A stretch of 64,000 nucleotides of DNA from Tubulanus polymorphus (Eukaryota; Animalia; Nemertea), in assembly GCF_964204645.1 (NCBI RefSeq), contig NC_134033.1, positions 11,354,655 to 11,418,654 of the forward strand, written 5' to 3'. The position numbers were made by a program, and so were the translations under genes. Under the pieces are notes generated by a model. The model was not told the DNA's origin. It saw only the letters and a list, made by a program, of their open reading frames with translations, and did not search any database. Shown one piece after another: positions 1-14,200 of the stretch; position 1 is the stretch's first letter, and every line of letters begins with the position of its first letter.

Positions 1-167
1 ACATGATAATACAATTGAATTTGTTCTTAGATTCAATTAGAAATTGACAATTTTTTTTCAAATTCAGTGACGCTTATTGGCGCTTCGAAGAAAAATAACG
101 CATTAACATCGTCTCATACTATTGACAATGAATAATATATTAATATGACTTCAAGGATCACATATGA

Positions 168-368
168 TGATGACAAGAGAAATCCCACGATAAATTCAGC
201 CAAAAATGGAAAGTTCTACAGTAAAATGATATATATTTCGAGCAATGTTTCGGCTAAATACTATTAGCCATCATCAGATCAACTGCTCGAAATATATACA
301 AGTATATAAGTTTAGTATACAACTTGTCATTTTTGGCTGAATTTATTGTGGTATTTCTTTTGTTATCA
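168..368. mobile_element. Palindromic MITE-like element (~200 bp) in a CAB39 intron
   Basis: TGATGACAAGAGAAATCCCACGATAAATTCAGCCAAAAATG (from 168) is the near-perfect reverse complement of CATTTTTGGCTGAATTTATTGTGGTATTTCTTTTGTTATCA (to 368). There is an inner inverted pair ATATATTTCGAGCA / TGCTCGAAATATAT. Confidence 0.7.
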
Positions 369-482
369 ACAATTGAATTTACCAGCAACGGGTCTTACCC
401 GGCAAGGCCAAATATTGACGACTTAATCGTCTCAAATTATCATTATTGAATTATTGAACGGTGAATAAATTCTTTTCCTAAC

Positions 483-1165
483 CTCAAAATCAATCTTGGA
501 TAAGTTCATAATTAGCTGCAATAATAGACCGTGGTTGTACATCTCTTGCGAAAGCTGCGCGACTAAATCCGCCTGTGGAGCCTGGTCATTTATACCGTAG
601 AGAATATTCTTCATCGATATCAGTATCTTTGACACCTCTTCAGAAGCCTGCGTTAAAAACATTTTAAAAATAGAAGCGCGTCTCATGAAAATGCTCGTTT
701 TTTTAAGCAATTGGAAAAACAGACATTAGTAGACACCACCTGTGATGTCTAGATCGAATTTCATAGAAATCTTTCATAGAAATAGAAGTACCAGCAACAC
801 AACCAGTGGCAACGATTTCAGGAGTATCTGCCAGCTTTGCTAGTGGATACTCACACCGACATTCAAATTTTCTCATTTTGTAATTCAGTGAAAGATTGGG
901 ACCATCATCAATTCTATATCTATTTGATGACTGTTTGAAAACACTTCGAGAGCCGAGAACTCGAGTTCCAAGTCCATCGATAACGAACCAATTTGCGCCA
1001 TCTGGTGTTAGCGTGGATACCACGTTGTAATGGACTTAAATTGAAGGTTGACTTATAACTCACTTTTTCCGCTTTCTTATCTCCGCGTTCGAGAATCAAT
1101 AAAGCATCGCTCAAACCCTTCGCCAGCTCCTGAGGGCTCTTCTTCGATGAACCGAATAAAGGCAT
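483..1165 (-). CDS. CAB39: Calcium-binding protein 39 / MO25 homologue, 5' part only. Coding exons 1165-1064 and 647-483; the gene continues off the left edge.
   Basis: The spliced translation MPLFGSSKKSPQELAKGLSDALLILERGDKKAEK|ASEEVSKILISMKNILYGINDQAPQADLVAQLSQEMYNHGLLLQLIMNLSKIDFE matches the MO25/CAB39 N-terminus. Donor GTGAGT after 1064, acceptor CAG before 647, donor GTAGG after 483, all phase 0. An upstream TTTCAG acceptor at 1237-1235 implies a 5' UTR intron. Confidence 0.93.
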
Positions 1166-2953
1166 TTTTTTGGACCGAGTTGGTCACCACGCGATACACG
1201 CCGGCCGATTGAAGATTGGAAATTTTGGTTTTATCTGAAAGAAAAAAAATCAAGCACGTTTTGGAAGGTGTTTTAAACCAGTTAAGTCGAGGACTTCGAG
1301 CGCCACTCAAAGGAGCACGTTTGTATATTTTTCCTTATCATCGAGGGGCTAGATCAGATGAGAACCCTTTGATTGAGGAAACTCAACCACCACCAGGATT
1401 CAAAACTCACGGTCAAGGATAATACTTGTTGGAAAGTCGCGATGAACTTATTCAAACTGGTCAAGTCAAATTTAAGCCATAGTTTAGCAGAGTCCAGATC
1501 ACCAAAGTTACTACTCGAACAGCAAGCAACAGCAACACAAGTTAATGTGTTAAGCCTTCACGATGACTACAAGAGTGTAACATACTCTGTGAGTCTTATA
1601 CATGTGAATAAGCACCAGCCTGTCATACAACATAAAATCATTTAATTAAAATGAACTAGCTAAGTTCATACATCCTGAAACATGGAACAGCTTGCAGTCA
1701 GTAGTAATAGTTAGACAATGATTTATTATCGGAATGAACTAGCAGCTGAACCACGGTTTTTTAATCCAAATTACTCTGTATTGAAAGACTGCCAAAAAGA
1801 GACACCATTCACTTAAATAAATCAACTTTTTACAATGCGTTTCCATGCCTACAAACTGTAATGTTTTTTCAAGTCATCAAAAAACGTAGTAAATAGGCCT
1901 TTATTAAACATTCAAATTTGGGGTAACTTTTCTAAATTCAACCCCATTAAATGAAGACTTTTTGGCAATGCTTCAATACAGTAGGCCAATACCGTAAAAT
2001 TCATTTCAGCTGCCAGTCTGTGCTGGTCCTATTAATACCAATACTAGGTATGTAGGCCTACCACTAAAGCTGACTGAGCTTAAAGTCTATTTTTTGTCTG
2101 ACATCAATATTTCTCTTAATCTTTTGAACACATCCCTCAATTTGGTCTTATTACGACCAGTGAAACTGTGCAGTCTGAATAAACCATTGGCATTATTTTC
2201 ATATCCATTTGGCAATGAATTGAAGACTGCTAAAGTCTTCTTTAACTCAATTCAATTATCAGAGAATAGAGACTCCATTTTACGCACTAAACAATTCTAA
2301 CAATATGTTTCCATGCCTACCATTTGAAATTATTTCCAAATCATCAAAAATCGTGGTTCATAAACATGGAAACACATGAAACAAATTGTTAGAATTTCAA
2401 AAATGGCTGATCATTTCTCATTTCAACAGGAGAAAAAGAAAATTATTTGGCAATCCATCAATACAGTGTCAGTGTAAAATGGACTTAAAAACGATGGTTT
2501 ATTCAGACTAAATGCCAATCTGAGGTAGGTAGGCCCCCTGCCCCTGGAAAAATAATGCGTCAAAAGATTTAGCGAAACATTCTTAAAAATCGAAGCCACA
2601 TGGAAATAAATAGGTATAGGCTAGTAAGTTTACAGTCAGTTGGATTCGTCGGCTCTGTCTCGAACACTTCAATACTTCGGGGTACGAAACAGGGCCTCGG
2701 ACGACGGGGAAATACCGGAAATTGTTTTCTACTATCCTTCTCTATAGTCTACAAATTCCAAATTGTCATCATTTTATCATTGATCGATCGGGCCAAATAC
2801 TAGTTCACTCGCTAGTTCAGCCGATTAAAACCAGCCGCCCTTCTCGACACGCATTCCGGCGAGGCGATTAACCGCTGAGACAAATATACAACAGATAAAT
2901 TACACAAATAACAACCGTCAAGATAATTACCACCGAGACAACCTGATCATCGC

Positions 2954-2999
2954 GTGACGTCACCCCAATACGGAAACTAGGTCGGGAAACCCGGAAGTG
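2954..2999 (-). promoter_or_regulatory. Probable CAB39 promoter: CRE, CCAAT and ETS motifs
   Basis: GTGACGTCAC palindrome at 2954-2963, CCAAT at 2965-2969 and CCGGAAGTG at 2991-2999, in a CpG-rich patch upstream of a candidate 5' UTR exon (possible donor GTAAAC at 2633-2628). Confidence 0.5.
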
Positions 3000-3331
3000 A
3001 ATTGTGCTGCGCTGTTTGCAGTTCTGCGTTGGCCAGTCCCAATTCAATTCAAATCCATATATTTATTCATCGAAACAAGAGTCTAGAATTTTTGGATGAA
3101 CAGGAATTGCAATTATAAGCATCGCCATTAAAAATCGTAGAATCGCTACAATCGCTACGAATAAGGGTTGAAAAATAGGATTGTTAACATCGCCATTTCA
3201 ACATTCACCAATTTTGACGATCGGTCATGACATCGTATGGTGCGCAAGTGCGCAAGTCGGAGTGAATGCAGTTTATATGTGTCGTATGAATGTAGTGGTA
3301 CTTTTTATCTTACTTTTTCTTTATTTTTTTC

Positions 3332-3446
3332 TTATTAGGGTTTTCTGACTTTCGTCGAAAACCCTCTTGAAATTCTGTTGATTATTATTAGGGTTTTCTG
3401 ACTTTCGTCGAAAACCCTCTTGAAATTCTGTTGATTATTATTATTA
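3332..3446. repeat. Two tandem 53-bp units, each carrying the hairpin AGGGTTTTCTGAC-TTTC-GTCGAAAACCCT (Helentron/HINE-like terminus)
   Basis: Direct repeat visible at 3337 and 3390. Each unit is a stem-loop followed by (ATT)n. Confidence 0.6.
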
Positions 3447-3990
3447 TGATTTTCCGCCGATTTCGTCAAATAAAATTCATCTTCATTCAGATTCGGCAAC
3501 TGACAGCTTCGAAACGAAATGTATAAATTGATACTGTAATAACGGTCTCTCTGAACCAACAGATTGTCTGAATGTACTTTCCATCCTATTTGAAACTTAA
3601 AATTACTTATTAGGTTACTGTAAATAAAGAATTGAATTGAATTGTTAGACAACAAGCACCGGCGAAATAACAGTTTGTGACGTCATTTAGTAAGTAAATA
3701 AAGGAGGGCTCCGAGAATTTCCAAATCACGGGGACTATACTGGGTTAGACCATTCAACCAAAAATAGGATTGCTCCGATAATATCCAAATCATCTCATTT
3801 TATTTTTCCATCGAATGCCCGGTAATTAATTTTTCCTTTCGATCACATGCATCCAGAAAACCCGTTATCGCTGCTTTGCAGCTATATGTTTATTTTGATT
3901 TTTTTTCTTTATTCTTATTCATTTTTTATTCTTTTATTTTTGTTCCTTGTTTTCTTTTTCAACCATTTCAAACGTCCCCCACCCTCCCAC

Positions 3991-4459
3991 TCTCAGGGTT
4001 ACGACTGCCAGTGGCAGAGTTGGAGTGCTCGACCGTAGGCCTGTTCTGGTTGGTGGTGGTGTGCTGGTGATGTGAGTGTTACTACAGGGTACCTATGATC
4101 GGAATAAGATGAGGGTGTGGCAGCCATCTTCGACTAAGGGGGTTGTTTGGTCTTCAGGATCTCAGTTTGGTACAGCCTAGAGTGGATTGACTGGATCTTC
4201 ATCGTCGAAGGCTTTGTTTGTCCGATCGGCTTTTTGTCGATTTATAGGGCTTCGGTTGATCTAGCTAGTTTGGATTGGCCGATCTTCATTGCCTGAGATT
4301 TTGTTTGTTCAATTGGCTTTTTGTCAGTTGGGCTTCCTGTTTGGTCCACCCTAGTCTGAATCGACTAAGCTGAAGATGTATATCAGGATTCCACCACCAT
4401 CTGGGATGAGGCTACGTTAGAGAACTCCGACTCTGCCACTGCCAGTTGAAACCCTGAGA
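3991..4459. mobile_element. ~470-bp element with ~80-bp imperfect terminal inverted repeats and an internal ~85-bp direct duplication
   Basis: Left arm TCTCAGGGTTACGACTGCCAGTGGCAGAGTTGGAGTGCTC versus reverse complement of right arm TCTCAGGGTTTCAACTGGCAGTGGCAGAGTCGGAGTTCTC. Internal duplicate units start near 4178 and 4265. Confidence 0.6.
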
Positions 4460-5191
4460 ACTAAGACTTTGCTGTTATCAGCCAGAAGTTCTGCGCTGTC
4501 TTTCTCTTTCTCAGCATCAATTATTTTGTAAATCGTATAACTCTGGAATCTCGAGCGTCTATAATGTACTTCGTGCCGTGAAGCTCTGTTTATTTAATTC
4601 TGATCTCTCGGAAACACCGTAGATGCAAAAAAATCTATGGCACGTTAATGGTGATAGTTTAAGGAAGGTTAGATTACAGATTTTTTAAATCGTATAAAGA
4701 GGGGTTCTAAAATACAGATATTTGATTCTCAGAAAAACCTTGCACTAGCCGAGGATGGTAGTTTATAGTAGCGGAAGGGTTACAATACTTGTACCCTAGA
4801 CGCGAACAGAACTAGCAATAATCCATGGCACATTAATATTTCATTGTGATGGGGATAGAGGAAGTCAGACTCTGTCTGATAAACTTCTTGACTTATCATT
4901 TAACATGTTTACTTCCTTTTGTCATTTCTAAAGCCAGAAGTCAAACTCAGATGGCGAGAAGTCTGGTGTACCACCACCCAGAAGTCTTGACTCTGTAACT
5001 GAATCCGATGGCATACCTGGAAGTTCCAACGACTATCAGAGACTGTGTGGAAGACATGAAATTGGGATCTGTGACAGGGCCAGTTTTTGGGCTGAAGATG
5101 TGTCTAGGGTAGATACATGTATAAACCAAATATTAAGACATTACCTTGAAACATCTTCAAAACTTCCCAAAATAACTGGATTCCGTCTACA

Positions 5192-5258
5192 GCGGACGGA
5201 CGACGGACGAAAAGTGAACACAATAGCCCGCTGGGACTAAAGTCCCAAGTGGGCTAAA
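5192..5258 (+). mobile_element. Helentron/DINE-like non-autonomous element end: GGAC repeats plus a terminal hairpin
   Basis: CGGACGGACGACGGACG, then the hairpin TAGCCCGCTGGGACT-AA-AGTCCCAAGTGGGCTA (5224-5256), ending in AAA. This layout is typical of invertebrate HINE/DINE-1-like elements. Confidence 0.55.
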
Positions 5259-8200
5259 TATGATGTAGTGTTAAGTCTGACAGGTCCCCCTGAATCCTTC
5301 CCAAGTCTGATTGGAAGTTGAATCACCTTGTCAAAGATTCGTGAAATCAACGAGTTAAAATACATCTGTTTTTACATTATCAATATCAGTTTTTGAGATT
5401 GAGCCATCAGTTAATGTGGCCCAACCTCTGCATTTATTCACAAAATCATACAAGGCATTTTATAGTATCAATTTATACATGACATTCCGCATTTTGGAGG
5501 TGCCTATAATTGTTGCATTCACGAAGAAAAAAAAATAGAAAAACATTTCAAATTAAAATGACATTCATAATTACTCCAATTTTGTTATATACCCGCCTAA
5601 AGCAAGTCGCAGAAAGATATCAACCGAATAAAAAGTTCAATACTAACAAGACTTCAGTGCGTTTCTGTGTAGAGTTCCTCGACACATCACCTCGTTCAAA
5701 ATCAGACAAGATTTTATCCAAAAATTCTTTAATTCTAGCAGCAGAAATATCTTCCTCGTGTCTCACAGAGAATCGAGTTTCCCATCTAGCATATTTTCAT
5801 CCCCCCAGAATTTGACGGGAACAATATCGAAATCAGATCCGCCCTTGCTTTTTCAATGAGACATAATAAAATAATTTTGTTCTTCGCGATCTATCGCGCA
5901 CTGAATTTGAAGACTAGAAAGGGAGACCGATATTATACCTTGTAAAAGTCAAGAATACACTTAACACTTATTTCAACAGTAAATGCTTAAAACTAAATGT
6001 CCTTTCTAGAAACATATACATCAATATCCTACAGGAATGTGTAGTGAGAAACTACACATTCCTGTACGATCAAAATCGGTGAACAATGTTTTTCACTAAA
6101 GAACCAGCGGCGGAAGTACTGGCCACATCAGTAAAACTATCAGTTTTGGTCAACAATCAATATATAGATTAATAGTAAAACAATAAAGTAGGTTAATTTT
6201 CAAACCTTCTTTTACTCTGACCCAACGCTACTGAGTAAGGCCGAGTTAACTGTACCAAGATTGAGCCCGGTCTCTATTTCTAATAGGTCTCATTTGAAAG
6301 AAAATCGGGACTTTTTCGTAGTTGGCGTTTACCATCTACGTCGCATAAAAACCTTCCCGCGCCGAAACATCGGACTCGAGGTTTACTGCTTATTCTTTAA
6401 GGTTTACTATTGGAGGTTTCAATAATGTTTAAAACACACAAATTACACCAACACTCATCGAGAGACATCATGGACGGCCGTTTAATAAGTGTATTCCAAA
6501 CACCTGCGAGTTTGTTTTCTTCTTTCTAATTTTCACCGAGTAGCGTCAGTTAGGAGACGGAAAAAAAATTCAGGGCAAAAAATCTCCATGACAAACGCAA
6601 CTACTGTGTACGTGTAACTCATCGCTTCCGATGTAACAAGTTTTTACCAGTATACCGAGTATTTTCAGATTCAACTTCAAATATCGAACTAATAAAGAGG
6701 AGATAGTTAAACACATACCCCCCCCCCCCCCCGTGTGAAAACGATACCACCGTAGCTAAATCATCCCGCAGTGCCGATCTATATCAAATTCTATAACTCA
6801 ACGAGTACGGCATTCTTAACTCTAACTTCCCTCGTATATACCAAGATTGTAACATCCTCTTTCAATTTCTGCGACTTATAATTAATTTTATGAGAATGAA
6901 ATGATTAAATCAAAAGCTACAACGTCGCATCCAATTACGACTCTCTTTGATAATTTCATGTGAAACTCCAAAAGAACATGCCCCCTCTCCTCCCCCTGCT
7001 CTCCCCCACTTATTGAATTGAAATATATCTAATAACTCTGCATTTTGCGCAACACGAGTACAATTTGACATAAATATAATATACAATATTAGAATTCTTG
7101 TCAACTCTTGATTATCTCAGATGAATGTTTTATTCCGATATGACCGAACATCATAATGATTGATGAACTGCACGTTTTATCAGGAATTTTGAACGACCGA
7201 TAATCAAGGGTTGACCGAGCGTGATGCTATAATTACGGTTGTTGGATTAACAATCCACTGAGATTTTTAATCCAAGTTGGATCTCTATCGATCTTATATT
7301 GGGCTATTACGAACTTCTGCTTTTTAAATTAGCAGTTTTGACCGACATCGATGATCAACAAGATACTAAACGCTAAATGCCATATTTTGCTGAATATCGC
7401 GAAAAATTGAGCCTCATTCATTTTTTCGACATGAGAAAATAACGAATAATTTTGTTGAAATTGACTATTTCTCTTTTTCTCTCAAAAAATACATTCGTAA
7501 CATTAAAATGGCTCATTTACCTCAGGCCTAACAGTGGTGTTGATAGCCTCAGATCGCGTAAGTGTTCTGCCCTCCACCCCACCCCCCCAATTTTACAACT
7601 ATGGTACCCGTTCAAATAGCCCAATTCGTATTTCGACCGCAACAGAATAATAATAATCATAATACAAACACCGATATTAATTGAAGGTGAATTTGTAGAC
7701 AAACAAAGTGAAAACTCTTGCATAAGAAATTATTCAGCTATAATACGAACACAAACAACACAAAATGCCTTCTTTTCAAAAGTGAACTGCCCACGATATA
7801 ATCACCCCCTCCCTGTTGCCTACACCCCCCTGGACCGAACACACAACCCTCCCTCATATTAATTAATTTAAAAATTATCAGTATACTCTACATATAAAAT
7901 TACACATTCCTTTCTTCCCCGTTTGTAGAAGGCATTTTATGCGAACGTCACTCTCTACGCTGCGTGTTCTCAAGTACTAACTTGAACTATTCCCCCCTAA
8001 TAACGTAATATAAAACAATACATGCAAAGAACCATAAAAACACTATTCTGTTGTTTTAAATAATCTGATTGAACCTATTCTGATTTCAACATTTTTTTTT
8101 TTATTAGTTTAAATGAGAAATTAGGTTTTCTATACACGCTGTCAGTTCAGTTATATGAATCTGCGAAGCATGCGTGACATAAAATGAACAAGTCATCCAG

Positions 8201-11200
8201 CAACCCGCTTCACAGAACCGTATAGAATGGTGTCTATATAGCCAAATAATCTTTGCTCATCATGATTTATCAAGTACAGACTAATCAAAACTGAATTAGT
8301 GTAGGGTAATTACTCAGGGGAATTAGTATATCGTACCGCGGTACTTGAAAAAAGCCAAAACCGATACATCGCTAGTTATCAGAATACGATGATCGAAAAT
8401 TGAAGAAGCAATAAATAATTCAAACAATGACCATTACGTTTACAGCCGAACATTATCAAAACTTAAAACGACACATGTATGTCTAGATCATGCGACACAC
8501 ACTAGCACCTAAGTGTTTATTATTTACAAAGAGACTGTTCATAAAGAATGTACGCAGAATATGCCGACCGTTTCTAAACCCTCCCCCCTTGCTCACGCGC
8601 ATACGAGTACCGCGTACATCGAATACTCATCAAAATGGCACAGTTTTGAACCCACTTACCTACATACATACATACATACTTTATGAATGACCCCGTATGG
8701 TTGAACAAGAATGAAACAAACCTAAAAAAAAATATTTCGTTTGGAGCAACGCGTCGTAAATAGTTTCACGGGTAGGGAACATACGTGGAAATCGACAGTA
8801 TCAAATTTATGGTACACGTCCATGTCTTTAGCAGAACTTACTACCTGACGTGTTTCTTTTTTGGGTGCAGTTTTCGAACACAAACACAATCAGTTTTGAC
8901 TTCAAAAACAGTAAAGCGTAGTTTAGTCGAAAATCAACTAGAAACTAGAAATGTTGACACGTTTATCACGCATCAGTACTTGGACGTATGATCGTAAAGC
9001 TGTCCCTTTACAAATACTCTATTCTAGCAGTTATCGAGTTCCAAAAAAGAGTATCAACTATTCTAAAATTGGAGCGATAAAATGAAAATGTATCCATATT
9101 TCAGAGTAGGATCTGTCGGGTTACTCAAAACGAGCTCATTCTTTTTAGGATGGTCCGAAATCGAAGAACAATAAAATATCTCTGACGATAATATAATCAT
9201 CACGATTATGATCTCAATAGGGAAATAAAATACAATAACGGTATTTTTTTTACACATTGAAATAAATAAAAAAGTATCCCAAGTACAACGAATCATCGCA
9301 ATCCGTTATAAAGCCTCCGCGCTAAACCCGCTCAACTTCAAGTAGATTTTGATTTGATTCTAACTTCGACCCTTCAACAACAATCAATATCCACGAATTT
9401 ATAGATTAATAGAAAATCTTTACTTTCACAGCCAAAAATGATATATACATTTTTTGTAGTGTATACAGTCAACCTCGGTTAATTCGTTTCAAGTAGAATG
9501 GATTAATCGAGGTTGACTGTTAAAGGAAAAAGAAAATGTCGTGCAATTTTTTTTCCAAATCCAAGTAAAGCGTTATTTTTTTATTCATTTTAAAATTTAC
9601 ATATCGAGCACTTCTTCCGATCAGTTACTTTGTACATATTAACAATTCCAATTGGATTTAAGCGGAGTTGACCGTAGTACTAGTGTTCATCTATACGTTT
9701 AAAATCATTTTATAATCTAAAAACATTACGAAGCCCAGATATTAATCTACAGCCTGTACGCAACACGCCTTCAGACGATCACTATTCAACGGGCAAAGTC
9801 CGCATGATCTGATTTTCTATGCATGGTGATGATTAGTATTTCTGGATTCGGGTAAAAAACAACGGAACGCAGGGCTGCCAAACCTGTGAAGAGTGCAATC
9901 AGTTACAAGTTAAATCTTTTTCAAGAACATTAGACAGGTTAACACTATAGAGAGACCTTCACTAAGATAGAATTTATTGTAGTAACAATATTCTGAAAAT
10001 CAGAACCACTTAGCATTAGTGGCTGGGGTGCGTACGGACAACAGATCATCCAAACACGGTTCTACCGTAAATATTCATCATAATCTATATCGTTACTACG
10101 GCGGAGACCGCGGTATCTACTTAGTTCCGAAGACAGGGCGGATTACGCAACACACAAAATGAAGCGTACGCACATTAAAAACAAATTAACAAACATCGTA
10201 CAATATACGCACATCGAGAAAATTTTTCGGCAGGCAAGTTGATTTTCTTTCTTTTTTTTTTCTTTAAGTAAACAAACCGTTTGGAAGAGTCAAGAGACGC
10301 GCGTGCGTGCACTTAGTCTTCATCAGACTAGTGACATTTCAACACTTTATAAAAGATACGCGTATTTATCACCAGCCAATCATCGACGAGTTAAAACTCG
10401 ATGACGTTTTTCGAATTCGATTCAACCGAAATAAATATCGAAACGCTCTTGTTGCTGATAACGCGGAGCGAGTCCTCATCGTTAGACTAGACTTGTTAGC
10501 TAGGGGGACAGTTGCGCGACGAAGACTTTTAAGACTAGTCTATCTCGTTACTATAGCTGATCTAGCAACTTAAGTTCGGTCATAACTAATTTCAGTTCTG
10601 CAGTCAATCTGGAAACTTAAAGCCAGCAAGTCTTAACTGAATTTGGTTATATAGCTAATCTAACAACCTAAGCCCTGTTTTTATTTCGTTCTACACAGAC
10701 CGGTTTTGCAACTGAAGATCAGAGATCTTTGTTCTAGAGCTACGGGTAATTATCAAATATCAATCAAAGGCCGCTTCAGTTCTATACCTAATCTTCAAAC
10801 GAGCAACGATTCAAGACCATTAGTGGACTAAACAAATGACTACGCAACTGGACCCAGCTCTATGTGTGTTACCAGAGAACACCGCCTGGCACTAAAGACA
10901 CCGCGTGGAACCAGCAGCAAGAGCGTTAAATCTTCATCTTTCATCGGTTCCGGATGGACGCGTTGTTTCGGTCGCTTCTCTTCCGAACGAAAATATTCCA
11001 TCCATCGTCGATTCGTAATTACGCAACAATACGTAGCATTGTTAATTAGACCTAATTTGCATCGCTATACGTCGTCAATCGTCGGTAATGAAGAGATCGG
11101 CGACCGCGAAACATATCGACGATAACAGCCCGCCGCGCTCTCGTAAGATTTCAAGTCACGTCTAAATAATACTCTTCCCGGTGACGATCTTTTCACCGTC

Positions 11201-11291
11201 GTACGACGTATTAGTTCGTTTGCGTTTTTTTATTATTTATATCCATTTCGTTTGTTTTATATATATATATCCTATCTGAATTGGCCGTCGA

Positions 11292-14200
11292 TCAATTATC
11301 GTTGAGCGAGAAATTCGGAATCGTCGAATTCGTCGCGAATTGATACGCTTGTCCGTCGGATATAGGCGCGACGTTCGCGTCCTCGTCGACGTCGCCGCTG
11401 AAATACGAGTCGATTATCTCGAACGCCATACGATAGATCTCCTCGTTCTCGTGACTCTGCAGCCTCTCGATTTCGTCTAGACCTGAAAACAAAAGACAAC
11501 ACGAAAATCGATAATGAATCGGGATCGTCACTGATCAGTCGTTCCTGGATATAGGTGAGTTTTAATGATATAGAAAGAGAAAGTAGGAGAAATTTCGAAT
11601 GTCAAGGACGCGCCTGCATCGCAAAACATAGACAGAATGACTGGTAATTAGGGCAGCACCATACTACCACAGTGGCAGTACCAAGAGAACTACCAGCGTT
11701 GAAGGCAGATTTAACCCTATTAAATTTCTAAACCAAAAACGTGACTTTGCAAATTGAGTTTATAGTCGTATCGATGATCTTATATATATAGGGCAGCACC
11801 ATACTATCACAGTGGCAGTACCAAGAAATACTAAGTCGAAATATTTAACCCAATTAAATTTTTAAACGAGACGTGATTTTGTTACTGACTGTAACTCGTA
11901 TTGATGACATCCTCTCACTGTATTCTAGTCAGTAGTAATAAAGAAGTATCTAATAAAGAATTCATCGTTTGGTTTAAATCACAGCGACGCGTTACCTTCG
12001 CATTCTTCGATGAGCCGGCACACGTGCGCCTGTTCGTCTCCGGCGGTCGCCATTTTCAGTATGTTATTGATTCCGTCGATGACGACCTGTATAACCTGCG
12101 AGTCGACCACCTTCAACAGTTTACAGAACGGCGGTATGACGCCTTCGTTGACGACGTACGCCACTTGAGCTTTGTTTCCGCTGATTGTTAGATTGCTGAT
12201 CGCCCACGCCGCTTCCTTTTGCGTTTGAAACTCGCTCTGAAAAATCACCACGATGAAATATATCGCAACGACAGGGCTAAACTGCCATCGGTAACAAATT
12301 GAATTTTTTCAGTAACATTTCATTGAAATATGAAAGAAAATGTTCATATTAATCAGTAATCAACAGTAAAACCCTCAGTAACATCTTTCATAATTCTGTT
12401 CAAATTAATCAGTAATCAACAGTTAGACCCTCAGTAACATCTTTCATATTTCTGTTCAAATTAATCAGTAATCAACAGTAAACCCTCAGTAATATCTTAC
12501 ATTTTTCTGTTCAAATTAATCAATAATCAACAGTAAGACCCTCAGTAACATCCTCATATTTCTTTTCAAATTAATCAGTAATCAACAGTAAAACCCTCAG
12601 TAACATCTTTCATATTTCTGTATGTGTCAAACAATTCTAATCAGTATTTCTCATTATAAAAGAGTAACTGAAAATACTGAAAATCAAGAACAGTTAGCAG
12701 CTCAGCTGAACAATTGTGGGCAGATAGTAAAACATCATTATTATCCATTACTGATTGTATAGATACTAATATTATAAGTGATAAATCCACAATTCTAATG
12801 AGGTCGATTTACTCTACAGTCGATACAGATATCTTTTACTCAAAGCTTTTCATTTGAGAGAAACGGACATGAATTTAAATAACTGTTATCATTGTTTTTT
12901 CTTAGACAGAAAACAAGACAGATGACATACGTACCTCCGTTAGATGGTAAATAATCAATCGAATAAGACCGGCATCGATGACCGCTTGCACCTGACTGAC
13001 GTTACCAGCAGTTATATTACTCAAAAACCACACGGCTTCCTATAATAAACAAACAACAGTTTCTATCCGATGCATTTAATGGTGTTTGTTCAGGGAGGCG
13101 CCACTTTACACCAATTAACAAATGCACTTGAGTTTTCCCTGATTTTTCCATGTTATAACACAAAATTCCGTAAGTAAATCTGAGGAATTTCTAGGTTTGG
13201 AATGTACCAATTAATTCATTTTTTCATGAATCACGTATTGATTAACATGTGGTCAATAGCATTATCCAAATTCCCCAGGTTTTTCAGATCTTTTTGCTAA
13301 ATTTATCAAATTCCCTGATTTTTTCTAGATTTTTCCGATTTCATCACAATCAAAAAGAAACCAAATCAAAATCAATACGGCTGCCTCCGCCTACGATCAG
13401 AAATGTCCTCATGCAGTAGTATTAATTACCCTCGGACCCTCAAAAAATGAATAGAGCATCTTTACGACTGTTTAAACGTAACGTACCTTGTTGATTTTCT
13501 CTTTGCTATGACTAAGTAAAGCGTGGAAGTGCGCTAACGCGTTATTATTCAACACGACCTGCGTCTGTTCGTCCGTGCCTGTGACGATGTTACCCACTGC
13601 ACGTAACGCAGCCGTCTGCAACAATACAAACAATTCAAACCAATCAGTTTACAGCGTTCAATTCAATTTCATTCAACGACTTTCAAGGACTCTTTTCCCC
13701 GATTCAAGGACATTTTCGACTCCCACCTTCAGGACTTTTTTGAACGGTAAACGAAATTTCCAATTTACAAACAGATATTTGAAAAAGTTTTAAATAGTCT
13801 AAGTAAAGGATTGAATTCACGCTTTAAAGCTTCATCAGGCTTTAAAGCAGCTTGAACTGGAAGAAATTTAAAACGCAGCAAACGTACCTGAACTTTCACC
13901 TCTTGATGACTCAACAGAGGAACGAGAAAAACGACGATTTCCGAATCGATGACCTTTTGTATTTGATCGTTTCCGCCATCAGTTAAATAAGACAACGCCC
14001 AAACTGTATCTACCAAAATCTGTCAATTAGAAAACATCTCAATATTCATCGACATTCAACAGTAAACCGATATAGGCCTGTTATATAGTTCTCAGGTTAA
14101 ATCGCAATCTAGAGTTTGAATTAGTTCATTCGCAATGATTTAACTCTCTTTTCAAAGTCAAATCTGGAACTGGAGGCACAGTGGTTGCGACGATATTATA

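Noticed and set aside
817-909. Possible intronic C/D snoRNA in CAB39 (TGATGA ... CTGA on the - strand)
   Set aside because: There is no terminal stem and no recognisable rRNA-complementary guide.
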